Below, piece by piece: positions 17,250-26,938 of a stretch of DNA of 64,000 nucleotides. The first letter of the stretch is position 1. Each line of letters begins with the position of its first letter. The notes below the pieces were generated by a model that saw only the letters and a program-made list of their open reading frames with translations, was not told the DNA's origin and did not search any database. Source of the stretch: Clostridia bacterium. Its GTDB lineage: Bacteria > Bacillota > Clostridia > CAKSNL01 > HGM11501. Made by a program: the position numbers and the translations under genes. The stretch spans positions 64,001 to 128,000 of the forward strand of contig JAZQAZ010000008.1 of NCBI GenBank assembly GCA_045545475.1. The letters are read 5' to 3'.

Positions 17250-19997
17250 ATGAAAAAAACATTATCTTTCATTCTGGCAATTATTCTTGTTTTATCATCA
17301 ATGGCATCATCCTTTGCAGCAGATATAACGCTTTTACCGAAGGATGTAGCAGAAACATCAAAAAGCGGTGTTTCTGTATCCGGCGAAAAAATCGCAGGAT
17401 GGAACGAGGACGGATATATCGGCTTTAAGAATGTGGATTTTACCGGTGCAAAATCCGTCAGAATAAAGGCAAGAATCAACTATATGAGAGGAGACAACGG
17501 CGAAGCTTTCGGCGTTTATATTGACGATCCCATAAAGGGTAAGTGCCTCGGCTATATTGTTGTTAATGAGCAGAGGGACGATTTTACCTATTACGGTGTA
17601 AACATTCCCGAAGTTACAGGTAAGCATAACCTTTACATAAAGCAGAACTATACCCATACAAACTATCTTCAGGTGGAAGAAGTTATAGTATCGGCAGATA
17701 CCTGGGTTGACCCTAAGGCTGTTACTCCCGTGCCCGACGAAAAGGTTGTAGATACATATTCCGATACCTGGGTTGCGGTTGACAATGTGGGCCGTCGACT
17801 TGCAGATTATGAAGAAGTTGGAGAAGTAAAGGAAGGCAAGCACGACGTAATTATTTTCTATCATGACTGGCATATTCACGAAACAGAAGCGGTTAATGCT
17901 ATAGATGTAATAAACGCTCATCCTGATGCAAAGGACGATTATTACCATGAAGCGTGGCCGTCAAGTGGCCCCATCTATTGGGGTGAGCCTATTTACGGTT
18001 ATTATACCGGAATGGACTACTGGCATTACAGAAAAGCGGCAGAGTTAATGGCCTCAGCCGGAATTGATGCAGTTTATCTTGACTATACAAACTCCGATGC
18101 CGCATACATAAAGGCTCTTGATGTGATGATGAGAGCATATCATGACGCAAGAGAAGACGGCGTTGATGTTCCGAAAATCGGCGGATATCTTCAAATGGGC
18201 GGAACTCCGGAAAACAAGCTTCGTATGATAAAGGCACTTTATTTCAATCTTTACGAGAATGAGTATTATAAGGATTTGTGGTATTATGTTGACGGAAAAC
18301 CCCTTGTTATCCAGGGAGCACACAAGGAAATAATAAAGGCGGCTAACAGCGAAGATGCAGAAGAAGTAAAGCTTGTAAATGAAATGCTTGACTTTTTCAC
18401 ATTCCGTGCAACTGGAGGCGAAGACAGAGACTATCCCGGAAGAGACAATACATATTGGCATTGGCTTGTTCCGTATCCTCAGCCTGCATTCGGAACAACG
18501 GAATCCGGCAGAGTTGAAATGGTGAATCTCGGTATGGCCATAAACCGTTCATACATAGGCGAAGTTTCAAGCTACTGGATTTTCTCAGGCAAATATGCGA
18601 AAACCAAAAACTATACAGAGGCATTTGGTGACGATTACCGTCCCGAGGCTGTTCACGAAGGCTATTTCTTCCGCGAGCAGGCATCCCGAGTACTTGACCT
18701 TGACCCCGAACACGTAATGGTTGACGGCTGGAACGAATGGAATACTCAGAGAAGCGAAGAGCTTTATGGCTATAAAAACGTATTTATAGACCTTTATGAC
18801 AATGTGGGAAGCCGCGACTTTGAGCCTCACAAGGGCGAGCTTAAGGACGATTATTATATGCTTCTTACAGATTTTATAAGAAAGTATAAGGGCGTACGTC
18901 CCGCACCTGTCGCAAGCACGGATAAGACCATTGATATAAATGGCGACACCTCACAGTGGAATGATGTATCGCCTGAATTTATCAACTATTTCGGAAACTA
19001 TGAAAGAGACGAAGTCGGATACAAAAAGTATAAGTCCAATGAGTTTCACCATTATACAACAGAGGTTGAAAACTCAATTGCGAGTGCAAAAATTGCAAAG
19101 GACAGCGAAAACTTCTATTTCTATGTGCTTTCGGAAGAGAATGTAAAAGAGCACGAAAACGGCTTTATGAATATTTATATAAATGCCGACAGAAACAAGG
19201 CGACAGGCTGGGAAGGCTACGATTATGCAGTAAACGTAAATGGAAAAGGTATAGTTTCCGCATTTAATTCTAATGAATGTTTACTTACAGATATAGGTAC
19301 TGCGGAAATTAATATTACCGGCAAGGCTCTTTTAATTAAGCTTCAGAGAAGTCTTTTAGGAGAAACGGACAAGGCTGATTTTGAGTTTAAGATAACAGAT
19401 AATATAAAGCCGGAAGGCGACCTTATGCTCTTCTATACAGAAGGAAATTCCGCACCCGTAGGAAGATTTAACTACCTCTATACAGAAATTCCCCAGACGG
19501 CACTTACAAAGGAAGAAAGGGCAGCTCTTTCCGATACCACCGTATTAAAGGGCGGAAGTGCAAAAATGATAGTTGACGGCGGAAAAATGTATGTATATGA
19601 CAAGGATACAAGAGTTACCGCATTTTCAGAAAATGGCACGGTTTATGTGCCAATGAATGCCCTTGAGGATATTATGGGCTACGGTGAAACAAAGGTAACC
19701 TACGATTACACCAAGAATGTGGTATACATTAAAACCCACGAGCTTACCGGTAGAGAAATTACGGACTATCAGTGGATTTACACCTACCTTGGCACAAACG
19801 AGGCGAGAGTTGACGGAAAAGTGCAGGCACTTTCCAATCCGGTAAAGGCAGTAAACGGAATAATTTATGTTCCCGTTAGCCTTCTTTCAGAGTGCTTCGG
19901 CTGGGAAGTAATATCACTTGGTGACGGTGCTTTTGCCATAAGTCAGAGAACAGCGGACAGAGAAACTGCCAAGGCTGTACTCGGTCACTTAAATTAA
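17250..19997 (+). CDS. Secreted multidomain glycoside hydrolase (CBM6-like, GH99/GH71-like barrel, copper-amine-oxidase-N/stalk domain)
   Basis: Signal peptide; CBM6-like GYIGFKNVDF...GKHNLY; WGEPIYGYY and DGWNEW; C-terminal YVPVSLLSECFG stalk-like motif; paralog of 43390. Confidence 0.65.
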   Translation: MKKTLSFILAIILVLSSMASSFAADITLLPKDVAETSKSGVSVSGEKIAGWNEDGYIGFKNVDFTGAKSVRIKARINYMRGDNGEAFGVYIDDPIKGKCLGYIVVNEQRDDFTYYGVNIPEVTGKHNLYIKQNYTHTNYLQVEEVIVSADTWVDPKAVTPVPDEKVVDTYSDTWVAVDNVGRRLADYEEVGEVKEGKHDVIIFYHDWHIHETEAVNAIDVINAHPDAKDDYYHEAWPSSGPIYWGEPIYGYYTGMDYWHYRKAAELMASAGIDAVYLDYTNSDAAYIKALDVMMRAYHDAREDGVDVPKIGGYLQMGGTPENKLRMIKALYFNLYENEYYKDLWYYVDGKPLVIQGAHKEIIKAANSEDAEEVKLVNEMLDFFTFRATGGEDRDYPGRDNTYWHWLVPYPQPAFGTTESGRVEMVNLGMAINRSYIGEVSSYWIFSGKYAKTKNYTEAFGDDYRPEAVHEGYFFREQASRVLDLDPEHVMVDGWNEWNTQRSEELYGYKNVFIDLYDNVGSRDFEPHKGELKDDYYMLLTDFIRKYKGVRPAPVASTDKTIDINGDTSQWNDVSPEFINYFGNYERDEVGYKKYKSNEFHHYTTEVENSIASAKIAKDSENFYFYVLSEENVKEHENGFMNIYINADRNKATGWEGYDYAVNVNGKGIVSAFNSNECLLTDIGTAEINITGKALLIKLQRSLLGETDKADFEFKITDNIKPEGDLMLFYTEGNSAPVGRFNYLYTEIPQTALTKEERAALSDTTVLKGGSAKMIVDGGKMYVYDKDTRVTAFSENGTVYVPMNALEDIMGYGETKVTYDYTKNVVYIKTHELTGREITDYQWIYTYLGTNEARVDGKVQALSNPVKAVNGIIYVPVSLLSECFGWEVISLGDGAFAISQRTADRETAKAVLGHLN

Positions 19998-20010
19998 AGG
20001 AGGGGATAAT

Positions 20011-22479
20011 ATGAAAAAAATATTTTCGGTATTTTTGGCACTTTTAATTGCTGCTGCGTTTATTCCATCCTCCTTTGCTTCAAACTATACCTATCTTGAT
20101 AAGGCAGGCTGGAAGGCAAGTGCAACAAGCACAAATCAAAAATTCACCGCAGATAAAATGATTGACGGCAATTCCGAAAGTTACTGGCATTCTGATTACA
20201 GAAACGAAAACGATATGGATAAACCGCCATTTTACCTTACATTCACTCTTCCTGAAAATGTAACTATCGGCGGATGGCGTTATGTCCCGAGAACAAGTAA
20301 CGCATCGGGAATTGTGACGGCGTATAATATTTATGTGTCGGAGGAAGCCTCCGGAAAAGCATATCTTATCCATACCGGCAGAATGGAAAATTCCTATGAG
20401 ACGAAGGAAGTACCGTTTGATTTTAATGTAACAAATGTAAAAACAGTTATACTTGAAATAACCGAAGGTATGTATAACTACGGAGTAGTTGCAGAATTCG
20501 ACCTTATGGCGTCTGTTTCAGGACAGGCTGATAAATCGATTTCCGAAGCATCACTCGGAAGCACAGTTACAATCGGCAAAGAGGATGAAGATGATACACC
20601 TTTAATTCCTAAAACAGGTTGGAAGGCAACTGCCACAACAACAAACAAAAACTTCACGGCGGATAAGATGATTGACGGAAACCCGGATTCCTACTGGCAC
20701 TCTGACTACAGATCAGAATCAGACATGGATAAACCTCCTTTTTACCTTACATTCAATCTTCCGGAAAAGGTAACGGTTGGCGGCTGGAGATATACACCCA
20801 GAAGCGATAACAGTGCGGGAATAGTGACAGAATATAATCTTTATGCATCGGATGCCGATAGCGGAAAAGCAAGGCTTATTTATTCTGGAAAAATGGCAGG
20901 GGACTTTAAGAAAAAGGTAATTCCCTTCGGTCATAACATATCCGGCATAAAAACGGTTATTTTAGAAATCACAAGCGGTGCATATAACTTCGGTACCTGT
21001 GCGGAGTTTGACCTGCTGGCAGAGCTTCCCGAACAGCAAACGGGAACAATTTCCGATTTTGCAATAGCAAGCAAAACCGTTGAAATAGGAACAAACAAAA
21101 TTGAAGGCTATGCAAGCGACTTTTATGAGGACAAAGCATCCTGGACAATAGTTGCATCTTCTGCACATAAGGGAAGTAAAGCAGAGCGTGTCATTGACGG
21201 TAAAAGGGACACCTACTGGCATACCGATTATACGGATGACGGTGTTGCGACAATACTTACCAAGGTAAACGGCCCTCACTGGTTTGAAATAACTCTTCCC
21301 GAAGCAAGGGAAATTTCGGGCTTTACCTATGTTCCGAGACAGACAAGTCAGAATACAGGTGTGTTTACGGGCTACGAGTTTTACGGAGCTGCTACTGATG
21401 ATGGAGATTGGGTGCTCTTAAAATCAGGCTCCTGGGCAAGCGATACAAGCGATAAAAAAGAAGCTCTGCTCAAAAACGTAAGGGTCAAGAAAGTAAAGCT
21501 TATATCGGACGGTTCGGTTGCTGATTTTGGAACCTGTGCAGAATTTGACTTAAAAATTCCTGATGAGAAATTGGAAACAGAAGAAAATCTTTCTTCCTAT
21601 ACTGAATTTTTTATGGCAAATAAGGTTACGGAAATTGATTTATCGGGTGCAAGTGCAACTGCAACCTCAGAGTGGGTGAACAATCCCGTAAGAAACTTAC
21701 TTGACGGAAATCAGAGGGTTGCATATCACTCAGATCCCGAAGACAAGGATAAATTCCCCGTAGTAATTACTGTTGACCTTGGAGATGTGTATACGGTGTC
21801 TGAAATTGAATACATTCCGAGAATTGACGATACCACAAAGCACGGTATCTGGACAGACTTTGCCGTATGGGCAAGCGTTGACGGGGAGGAATATGTTCCC
21901 GCTCTTGAAAACGGAGCTCTTGAACTTCACCTTAACAATCAGAAAATCAAGTTTGAACAGCCTGTAAAGGGAAGATATTTCGAGTTTGAAGTAAACGAAG
22001 GTTACAGAGGATATGTTACCTGCGGCGACCTTAAGTTTTTTGAAAGAGCCGCTGATACCGACGAGAGAGAAGCTGAAGTAAAGGAAAAATATGTTCTTCA
22101 AATTGGCTCAAACGTAATAAAAACCGAAAAGGATGGAGAAGCAAGCGAGAAGACCATTGATGTTGCCCCCTTCATTGATTCGGGTTATACCCAGATTCCC
22201 TTAAGAGGACTCTTGGAAGAAATGGGAGCGAGTCTTACATGGGACGGTGAAAGACAGAAAATTGACATAATAGGCGACGGCATAAAAATAGAAATGCAGA
22301 TAATGAACGATGCCGTTTACGTTACGAATGACAGACTGGGACGTGTAAGATATACCCTTCAGACACCTCCGCAGATTAAAGATTCAAGAACCTTTGTGCC
22401 ACTTCGTTTCATATCTGAAAACCTTGGCTATAATGTGGCATGGAACGGAGAAACACAGGAAATTACAATTACAAAATAA
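20011..22479 (+). CDS. Secreted protein with four F5/8 type C (CBM32/discoidin) domains and a copper-amine-oxidase-N domain
   Basis: Repeated IDG..SYWHS...Y.PR...AEFD units; APFIDSGYTQIPLRG and SRTFVPLRFISENLG; paralog of 46135. Confidence 0.8.
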   Translation: MKKIFSVFLALLIAAAFIPSSFASNYTYLDKAGWKASATSTNQKFTADKMIDGNSESYWHSDYRNENDMDKPPFYLTFTLPENVTIGGWRYVPRTSNASGIVTAYNIYVSEEASGKAYLIHTGRMENSYETKEVPFDFNVTNVKTVILEITEGMYNYGVVAEFDLMASVSGQADKSISEASLGSTVTIGKEDEDDTPLIPKTGWKATATTTNKNFTADKMIDGNPDSYWHSDYRSESDMDKPPFYLTFNLPEKVTVGGWRYTPRSDNSAGIVTEYNLYASDADSGKARLIYSGKMAGDFKKKVIPFGHNISGIKTVILEITSGAYNFGTCAEFDLLAELPEQQTGTISDFAIASKTVEIGTNKIEGYASDFYEDKASWTIVASSAHKGSKAERVIDGKRDTYWHTDYTDDGVATILTKVNGPHWFEITLPEAREISGFTYVPRQTSQNTGVFTGYEFYGAATDDGDWVLLKSGSWASDTSDKKEALLKNVRVKKVKLISDGSVADFGTCAEFDLKIPDEKLETEENLSSYTEFFMANKVTEIDLSGASATATSEWVNNPVRNLLDGNQRVAYHSDPEDKDKFPVVITVDLGDVYTVSEIEYIPRIDDTTKHGIWTDFAVWASVDGEEYVPALENGALELHLNNQKIKFEQPVKGRYFEFEVNEGYRGYVTCGDLKFFERAADTDEREAEVKEKYVLQIGSNVIKTEKDGEASEKTIDVAPFIDSGYTQIPLRGLLEEMGASLTWDGERQKIDIIGDGIKIEMQIMNDAVYVTNDRLGRVRYTLQTPPQIKDSRTFVPLRFISENLGYNVAWNGETQEITITK

Positions 22480-22480
22480 G

Positions 22481-22509
22481 AAATTGCAGAGCCAGAGGCT
22501 CTGCAATTT
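22481..22509. terminator. Bidirectional terminator
   Basis: AAATTGCAGAGCC-AGA-GGCTCTGCAATTT between convergent genes. Confidence 0.75.
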
Positions 22510-22510
22510 C

Positions 22511-23329
22511 TCATTTTTTGATGTTCTTTTTATATTTCAATGGAGTTATTCCGTAATGCTTTTTAAATAGTGCGATAAACCAGGAATAATCGGGAAATCC
22601 GCTTTTGTCCGATGCTTCTGTAACCGTTGCTCCTTTTGATAAAAGCTTTGCGGCATTGGCAAGGCGTTGCTTTTTTAAATAGTCCGAAGGGGATATATTA
22701 AGTGTGGTCTTAAAGTGTCTTTCGAGTGTGTTTACACTAACGTTTGCTTCCCTTGAAATTTCTTCAACGGTTTTAATTGTTGAAAAGTTTTTATTTATAT
22801 AATCCACGGTAAATATAACGTCATCGGGATACGCCTCGGCTTTCACTTCAACTTCCGTTGCGTTATCGAGGAAGTGTAAAAGCGAAAAGAAATTTTTATA
22901 TTTCTTGATTTCGGATTTTTCCGGGTAGGTGAGGGCATTACAAAGCGCAAAAAATGCATCTGAATCCGAAGGGGCGATAGTGAGAAGATTGCCTTCTCCT
23001 GCCTTGCGATTATAAAACGTATCTAAAAAGCGTTCGTTGCCTTTCGGGTCAAACCATATACAAAAGTTCCTGTGTAATTTTTCCGAATGGTAAACACAGT
23101 GGTGGTATTCAAAAGGGCGCGATATTATTATATCTCCGGGCTTTACGGGATAGATTTTGTTTTCTGCAATAAAGGAAACATCTCCGCTTAAATTTACATA
23201 AATCTCACACTCATCGTGGATGTGGGAGTGGTTTGTATTTTCGATTGATTCCTTTGTCAGCTCGGAGTAAACCGCTCTTAATGAAAATGCTGAGACGGCA
23301 GGTAAGTTTTCTTCTTTGTATCTTCGCAT
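22511..23329 (-). CDS. AraC family transcriptional regulator
   Basis: HSHIHDECEIY cupin; SGFPDYSWFIALFKKHYGITP HTH. Confidence 0.9.
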   Translation of the reverse strand: MRRYKEENLPAVSAFSLRAVYSELTKESIENTNHSHIHDECEIYVNLSGDVSFIAENKIYPVKPGDIIISRPFEYHHCVYHSEKLHRNFCIWFDPKGNERFLDTFYNRKAGEGNLLTIAPSDSDAFFALCNALTYPEKSEIKKYKNFFSLLHFLDNATEVEVKAEAYPDDVIFTVDYINKNFSTIKTVEEISREANVSVNTLERHFKTTLNISPSDYLKKQRLANAAKLLSKGATVTEASDKSGFPDYSWFIALFKKHYGITPLKYKKNIKK

Positions 23330-23505
23330 AAAAACACCTCTTTTGGTGATTATACAATGTTTTGCGGTGAAAAGTCAATATAAACAAAAGAAAATCTGTG
23401 CTATTATCTTTTTCGGAGGTGCTTTTTATGTACTAAGAACCGTATATTTGAGATATTAAAATAGAACAGTCAGGAGAAGATTAAGAGTAAATGGAGTAAA
23501 ATGAT

Positions 23506-24543
23506 ATGAGAGTTAAAATTGATGATATAAGAAACAGAACAATTGCTGCTTTTGAAAAAGTCGGAGTCGGCAATAATGATGCTCGAATTATAACAGATGT
23601 CCTTTTGGAGACAGAAATGAGAGGCGTTTTCACACATGGCTTTATGCGGCTTGAAAGATACATAAACTGTATTAAAAGCGGCGGAATTAAAACGGACGGC
23701 AACTACGAAACAGTATATGACAGTCCTTCGTGGGTTTCTATTGACGGCAAGGATAATTTGGGCATTGTAATTTCATATAAGGCTATGAAACTTGCTATGG
23801 AGAAAGCAAAGCAAACAGGTGTAGGTATTGTCAATGTAAAAGGCAGCCACCACTTTGGTGCAGCCGGATATTATACCTCTATGTGTGCGGATAATAATAT
23901 GGTTGGTATGTCTATGAGCAATGGTGATATACTGATTGCAGCAACGGGCAGCGGAGAAAAAACAATAGGCAACAACCCGTTTTCTTATGCTTTTCCGGCT
24001 AATAAATACGGTAAAATTGTATATGATATTGCAATGAGTTATACCTCTGACAGAAAGGTAGTTCAGATGGACAAGGAGGGCAAAAAGCTTCCTGAAGGCT
24101 GGATTATTGACAGGAATGGAAAAGCTACGACAGACCCGGGCGAATATGAAAAAGGCGGGACACTTCTGCCCTTTGGCGGTTATAAGGGTTATGGACTTGC
24201 GATGATGGTAGAAACATTGGCAGCAACCCTTTCTGGTGCTGCAATGACCAAAAATGTTCACGCATGGAATGAGGATGAAAATTGTGGCGGAAATGTTGGT
24301 CACTTCTTTATGGCACTTGATATATCAAAACTTGGAAACCCGGATGAATACAAAGAACGGGTTGATGAAATGATTGATGAAATTAAGAACTCAAAGAAGG
24401 CAGAAGGCGTTGAAAAAATTTACTATCCCGGTGAAATAGAAACGGGAAAACTGGCACTCTGCAAAGAAACAGGATATGTTGAGATTTTGGACGAAACAAT
24501 GGAGTCTGTTGAAAGAACAGAAAGAGAATTAGGGCTAAGATAA
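23506..24543 (+). CDS. Ldh2/AllD family (malate/L-lactate/ureidoglycolate) dehydrogenase
   Basis: RGVFTHG, SHHFGAAGYY, GNNPF, LLPFGGYKGYGL, YYPGE. Confidence 0.88.
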   Translation: MRVKIDDIRNRTIAAFEKVGVGNNDARIITDVLLETEMRGVFTHGFMRLERYINCIKSGGIKTDGNYETVYDSPSWVSIDGKDNLGIVISYKAMKLAMEKAKQTGVGIVNVKGSHHFGAAGYYTSMCADNNMVGMSMSNGDILIAATGSGEKTIGNNPFSYAFPANKYGKIVYDIAMSYTSDRKVVQMDKEGKKLPEGWIIDRNGKATTDPGEYEKGGTLLPFGGYKGYGLAMMVETLAATLSGAAMTKNVHAWNEDENCGGNVGHFFMALDISKLGNPDEYKERVDEMIDEIKNSKKAEGVEKIYYPGEIETGKLALCKETGYVEILDETMESVERTERELGLR

Positions 24544-24665
24544 TACGGAGGGCTGAATGTGATACAAAAGTATGTGGCCAATAAAAGAGGTAAACACAAA
24601 GGATTGGGATATAATGATTAAGAAAAATCCATTAAAAATTCTGGATATTTAGGAGGCGCAATAAA

Positions 24666-25463
24666 ATGCAAAAACCATGGCTTGGATATGTAAAACCTCT
24701 AAGAATATGGGGAAATCTGTATTTTGTGGGGACAAGACCTGCATCTACACATATTATCGATACGGGAGAAGGACTTATAATGCTTGATTCAGGATATCAG
24801 CAATCACTGTATCTTGTGCTTCACAATATGCATCTATTGGGGCTTAATCCACTTGATTTGAAGTACATAGTTCACACCCACGGTCATATTGACCATTTCG
24901 GAGCAACAAGAGCTATTGTTGAACTAACAGGGGCAAAGACATTTCTTGGCAGAGCAGACAGAGGATATGCAAACGGAAAACTTGACCTTTCCTATGCAAA
25001 AGAACTTAATATGAATTTTTCAGAAACCTTTGAGCCGGATATTCTGCTTGATGACGGTGATGTAATTGAGCTTGGAAACACAAAAATAACTGCTGTTGCA
25101 ACTCCGGGACATACACCGGGAGCAATGTCATATTTCTTTAATGTATATAAAAAAAACAAAGTTATGCGCGCAGGGCTTCATGGAGGTATGGGAATTAATA
25201 CACTAAGCCGTGAATTTCTTGATAAATATTGCCTTCCATATTCACTACGTGATGACTTTGTAAAATCAATGAAGAAATTAAATGAAGAGAAGGTTGATAT
25301 TTTTTTAGGCAACCATATGCAGCACAACAAAACCGAGGAAAAAGCAGAAAGAGTAGTAAAAGGCGAGACTGATGCTTTTATAAATCCTGACGAGTGGAGA
25401 CTGTATAATTTGTGGTGTATAGAAAATTTAAAGAATATGATTGAGGTGGAAAGTAAAATTTGA
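24666..25463 (+). CDS. MBL-fold metallo-hydrolase, subclass B3 beta-lactamase-like
   Basis: KPLRIWGNLYFVGT, THGHIDH, TPGHTPG, LGNH; no signal peptide. Confidence 0.8.
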   Translation: MQKPWLGYVKPLRIWGNLYFVGTRPASTHIIDTGEGLIMLDSGYQQSLYLVLHNMHLLGLNPLDLKYIVHTHGHIDHFGATRAIVELTGAKTFLGRADRGYANGKLDLSYAKELNMNFSETFEPDILLDDGDVIELGNTKITAVATPGHTPGAMSYFFNVYKKNKVMRAGLHGGMGINTLSREFLDKYCLPYSLRDDFVKSMKKLNEEKVDIFLGNHMQHNKTEEKAERVVKGETDAFINPDEWRLYNLWCIENLKNMIEVESKI

Positions 25464-25538
25464 TTTCAGCCTGAAGTATAATAATCAAGTATAGTTTATT
25501 ACTTTGCTTTATAGGCACGCTTATGTTTTTATAATACG

Positions 25539-25563
25539 AAAGAGAGCTAAAGGCTCTCTTTTT
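25539..25563 (+). terminator. Intrinsic terminator
   Basis: AAAGAGAGC-TAAAG-GCTCTCTTTTT. Confidence 0.65.
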
Positions 25564-25643
25564 GTTTGACTTTAACTTAAGCGTGTGGTAAAATTGTAAA
25601 GGATTAATCGTTAAGATAAAATACTTAAACCGGAGTTTATATT

Positions 25644-26099
25644 ATGATAAAAATTTTATTTATATGCCACGGAAATATATGTCGTAGTCCGATGGCGGAA
25701 TTTGTTTTCAAAAATATCGTAGAAAAAGCAGGATTGGGTGATAAATTCCTTGTGGCATCCGCTGCCACAAGCTTTGAGGAAATCGGTAATCCCGTACATA
25801 GAGGTACAGCAAGGATACTGGACAGACTTAAAATATCATACTCAGAAAAAAGAGCCGTACATTTAGAAAAAACTGACTACGAAAAATACGATTATTTAAT
25901 ATGCATGGACAGTGCTAATGTCCGGAACACCCTTCGGATAGTTGGAAATCATCCTGACAACAAAATATATAAATTAATGGAATTTGCAGGTTCTGATAAG
26001 GATGTGGCTGATCCGTGGTACACAGGGGACTTCGAGAAAACGTATGAAGATATTTTAGCAGGATGCACGGGACTTTTTAAAAAACTTAAGAAAGCGTGA
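25644..26099 (+). CDS. Low molecular weight protein-tyrosine phosphatase
   Basis: CHGNICRS P-loop; DVADPWY. Confidence 0.93.
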   Translation: MIKILFICHGNICRSPMAEFVFKNIVEKAGLGDKFLVASAATSFEEIGNPVHRGTARILDRLKISYSEKRAVHLEKTDYEKYDYLICMDSANVRNTLRIVGNHPDNKIYKLMEFAGSDKDVADPWYTGDFEKTYEDILAGCTGLFKKLKKA

Positions 26100-26902
26100 G
26101 TATTTTGTTTACCAAAGAAGAATTGATAAAACAGCTTGAAGAAATGAACGCCCCGAAAAATTCGGTGGTATTAATGCACACTTCCTTAAAGGCAATAGGC
26201 GAAACCGAAGGAAGGGCAGAGGGACTCCTTGAAACCTTGATTGAATATTTTACAGCCGATGGCGGTCTTTTCTTAATCCCCACACACACCTGGGCTAATC
26301 TTAAGAACCCGGACAAAATAACAATGGATGTAAAAAGCGACGAAAGCTGTATCGGGGTTTTCCCTTCCGTTGCACTTCGCCATCCTTCTGGCGTAAGAAG
26401 CCTTCATCCCACTCATTCAATGGTGGTGTTCGGAGACAGAAAAAAAGCTGAGGAATATGTAAAGGGTGAAGAAAATATAACTACATCCACAAGCGGAAAA
26501 GGTTGTTATGGAAAGCTTTATGATTATGACGGATATGTTTTCCTTGTGGGTGTGGGGCAGGAGAGAAACACTTACATTCACTCGGTTGAAGAGATGCTTG
26601 ATGTTCCCTTCCGTCTTTCCGAGAAAGCGGTAAGGACAACCATAAAGCTTGAAAACGGTGAGATTGTGGAAAGATTTATCCACCATCACGACGGAATTCC
26701 TCATATCTCCGAGCGTTATGTAAAGTATGAGCCGGCGTTCCGCCATTTCGGAATAGTGAAAGACGGAAAACTCGGCAATGCCGACACAATGCTGATCAGC
26801 GCAAAGAAAATTTACGATGTGGTAAAATTAATCAGAGAGCGCTCGGGCGGAGCCGAGCTTATGGCAGATTTTGAGCCTCTGGATGAAGCACTTTATAAAT
26901 AA
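26096..26902 (+). CDS. AAC(3)/YokD family N-acetyltransferase (Antibiotic_NAT)
   Basis: MHTSLKAIG, RSLHPTHS, NTYIHSVEE; GTGA overlap with the upstream gene. Confidence 0.8.
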   Translation: MSILFTKEELIKQLEEMNAPKNSVVLMHTSLKAIGETEGRAEGLLETLIEYFTADGGLFLIPTHTWANLKNPDKITMDVKSDESCIGVFPSVALRHPSGVRSLHPTHSMVVFGDRKKAEEYVKGEENITTSTSGKGCYGKLYDYDGYVFLVGVGQERNTYIHSVEEMLDVPFRLSEKAVRTTIKLENGEIVERFIHHHDGIPHISERYVKYEPAFRHFGIVKDGKLGNADTMLISAKKIYDVVKLIRERSGGAELMADFEPLDEALYK

Positions 26903-26938
26903 AATCCCCCCCCGATGCCCTTCATCGGGGGGGATTTT
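26901..26938. terminator. Bidirectional terminator
   Basis: AAAATCCCCCCCCGATG...CATCGGGGGGGATTTT. Confidence 0.8.
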
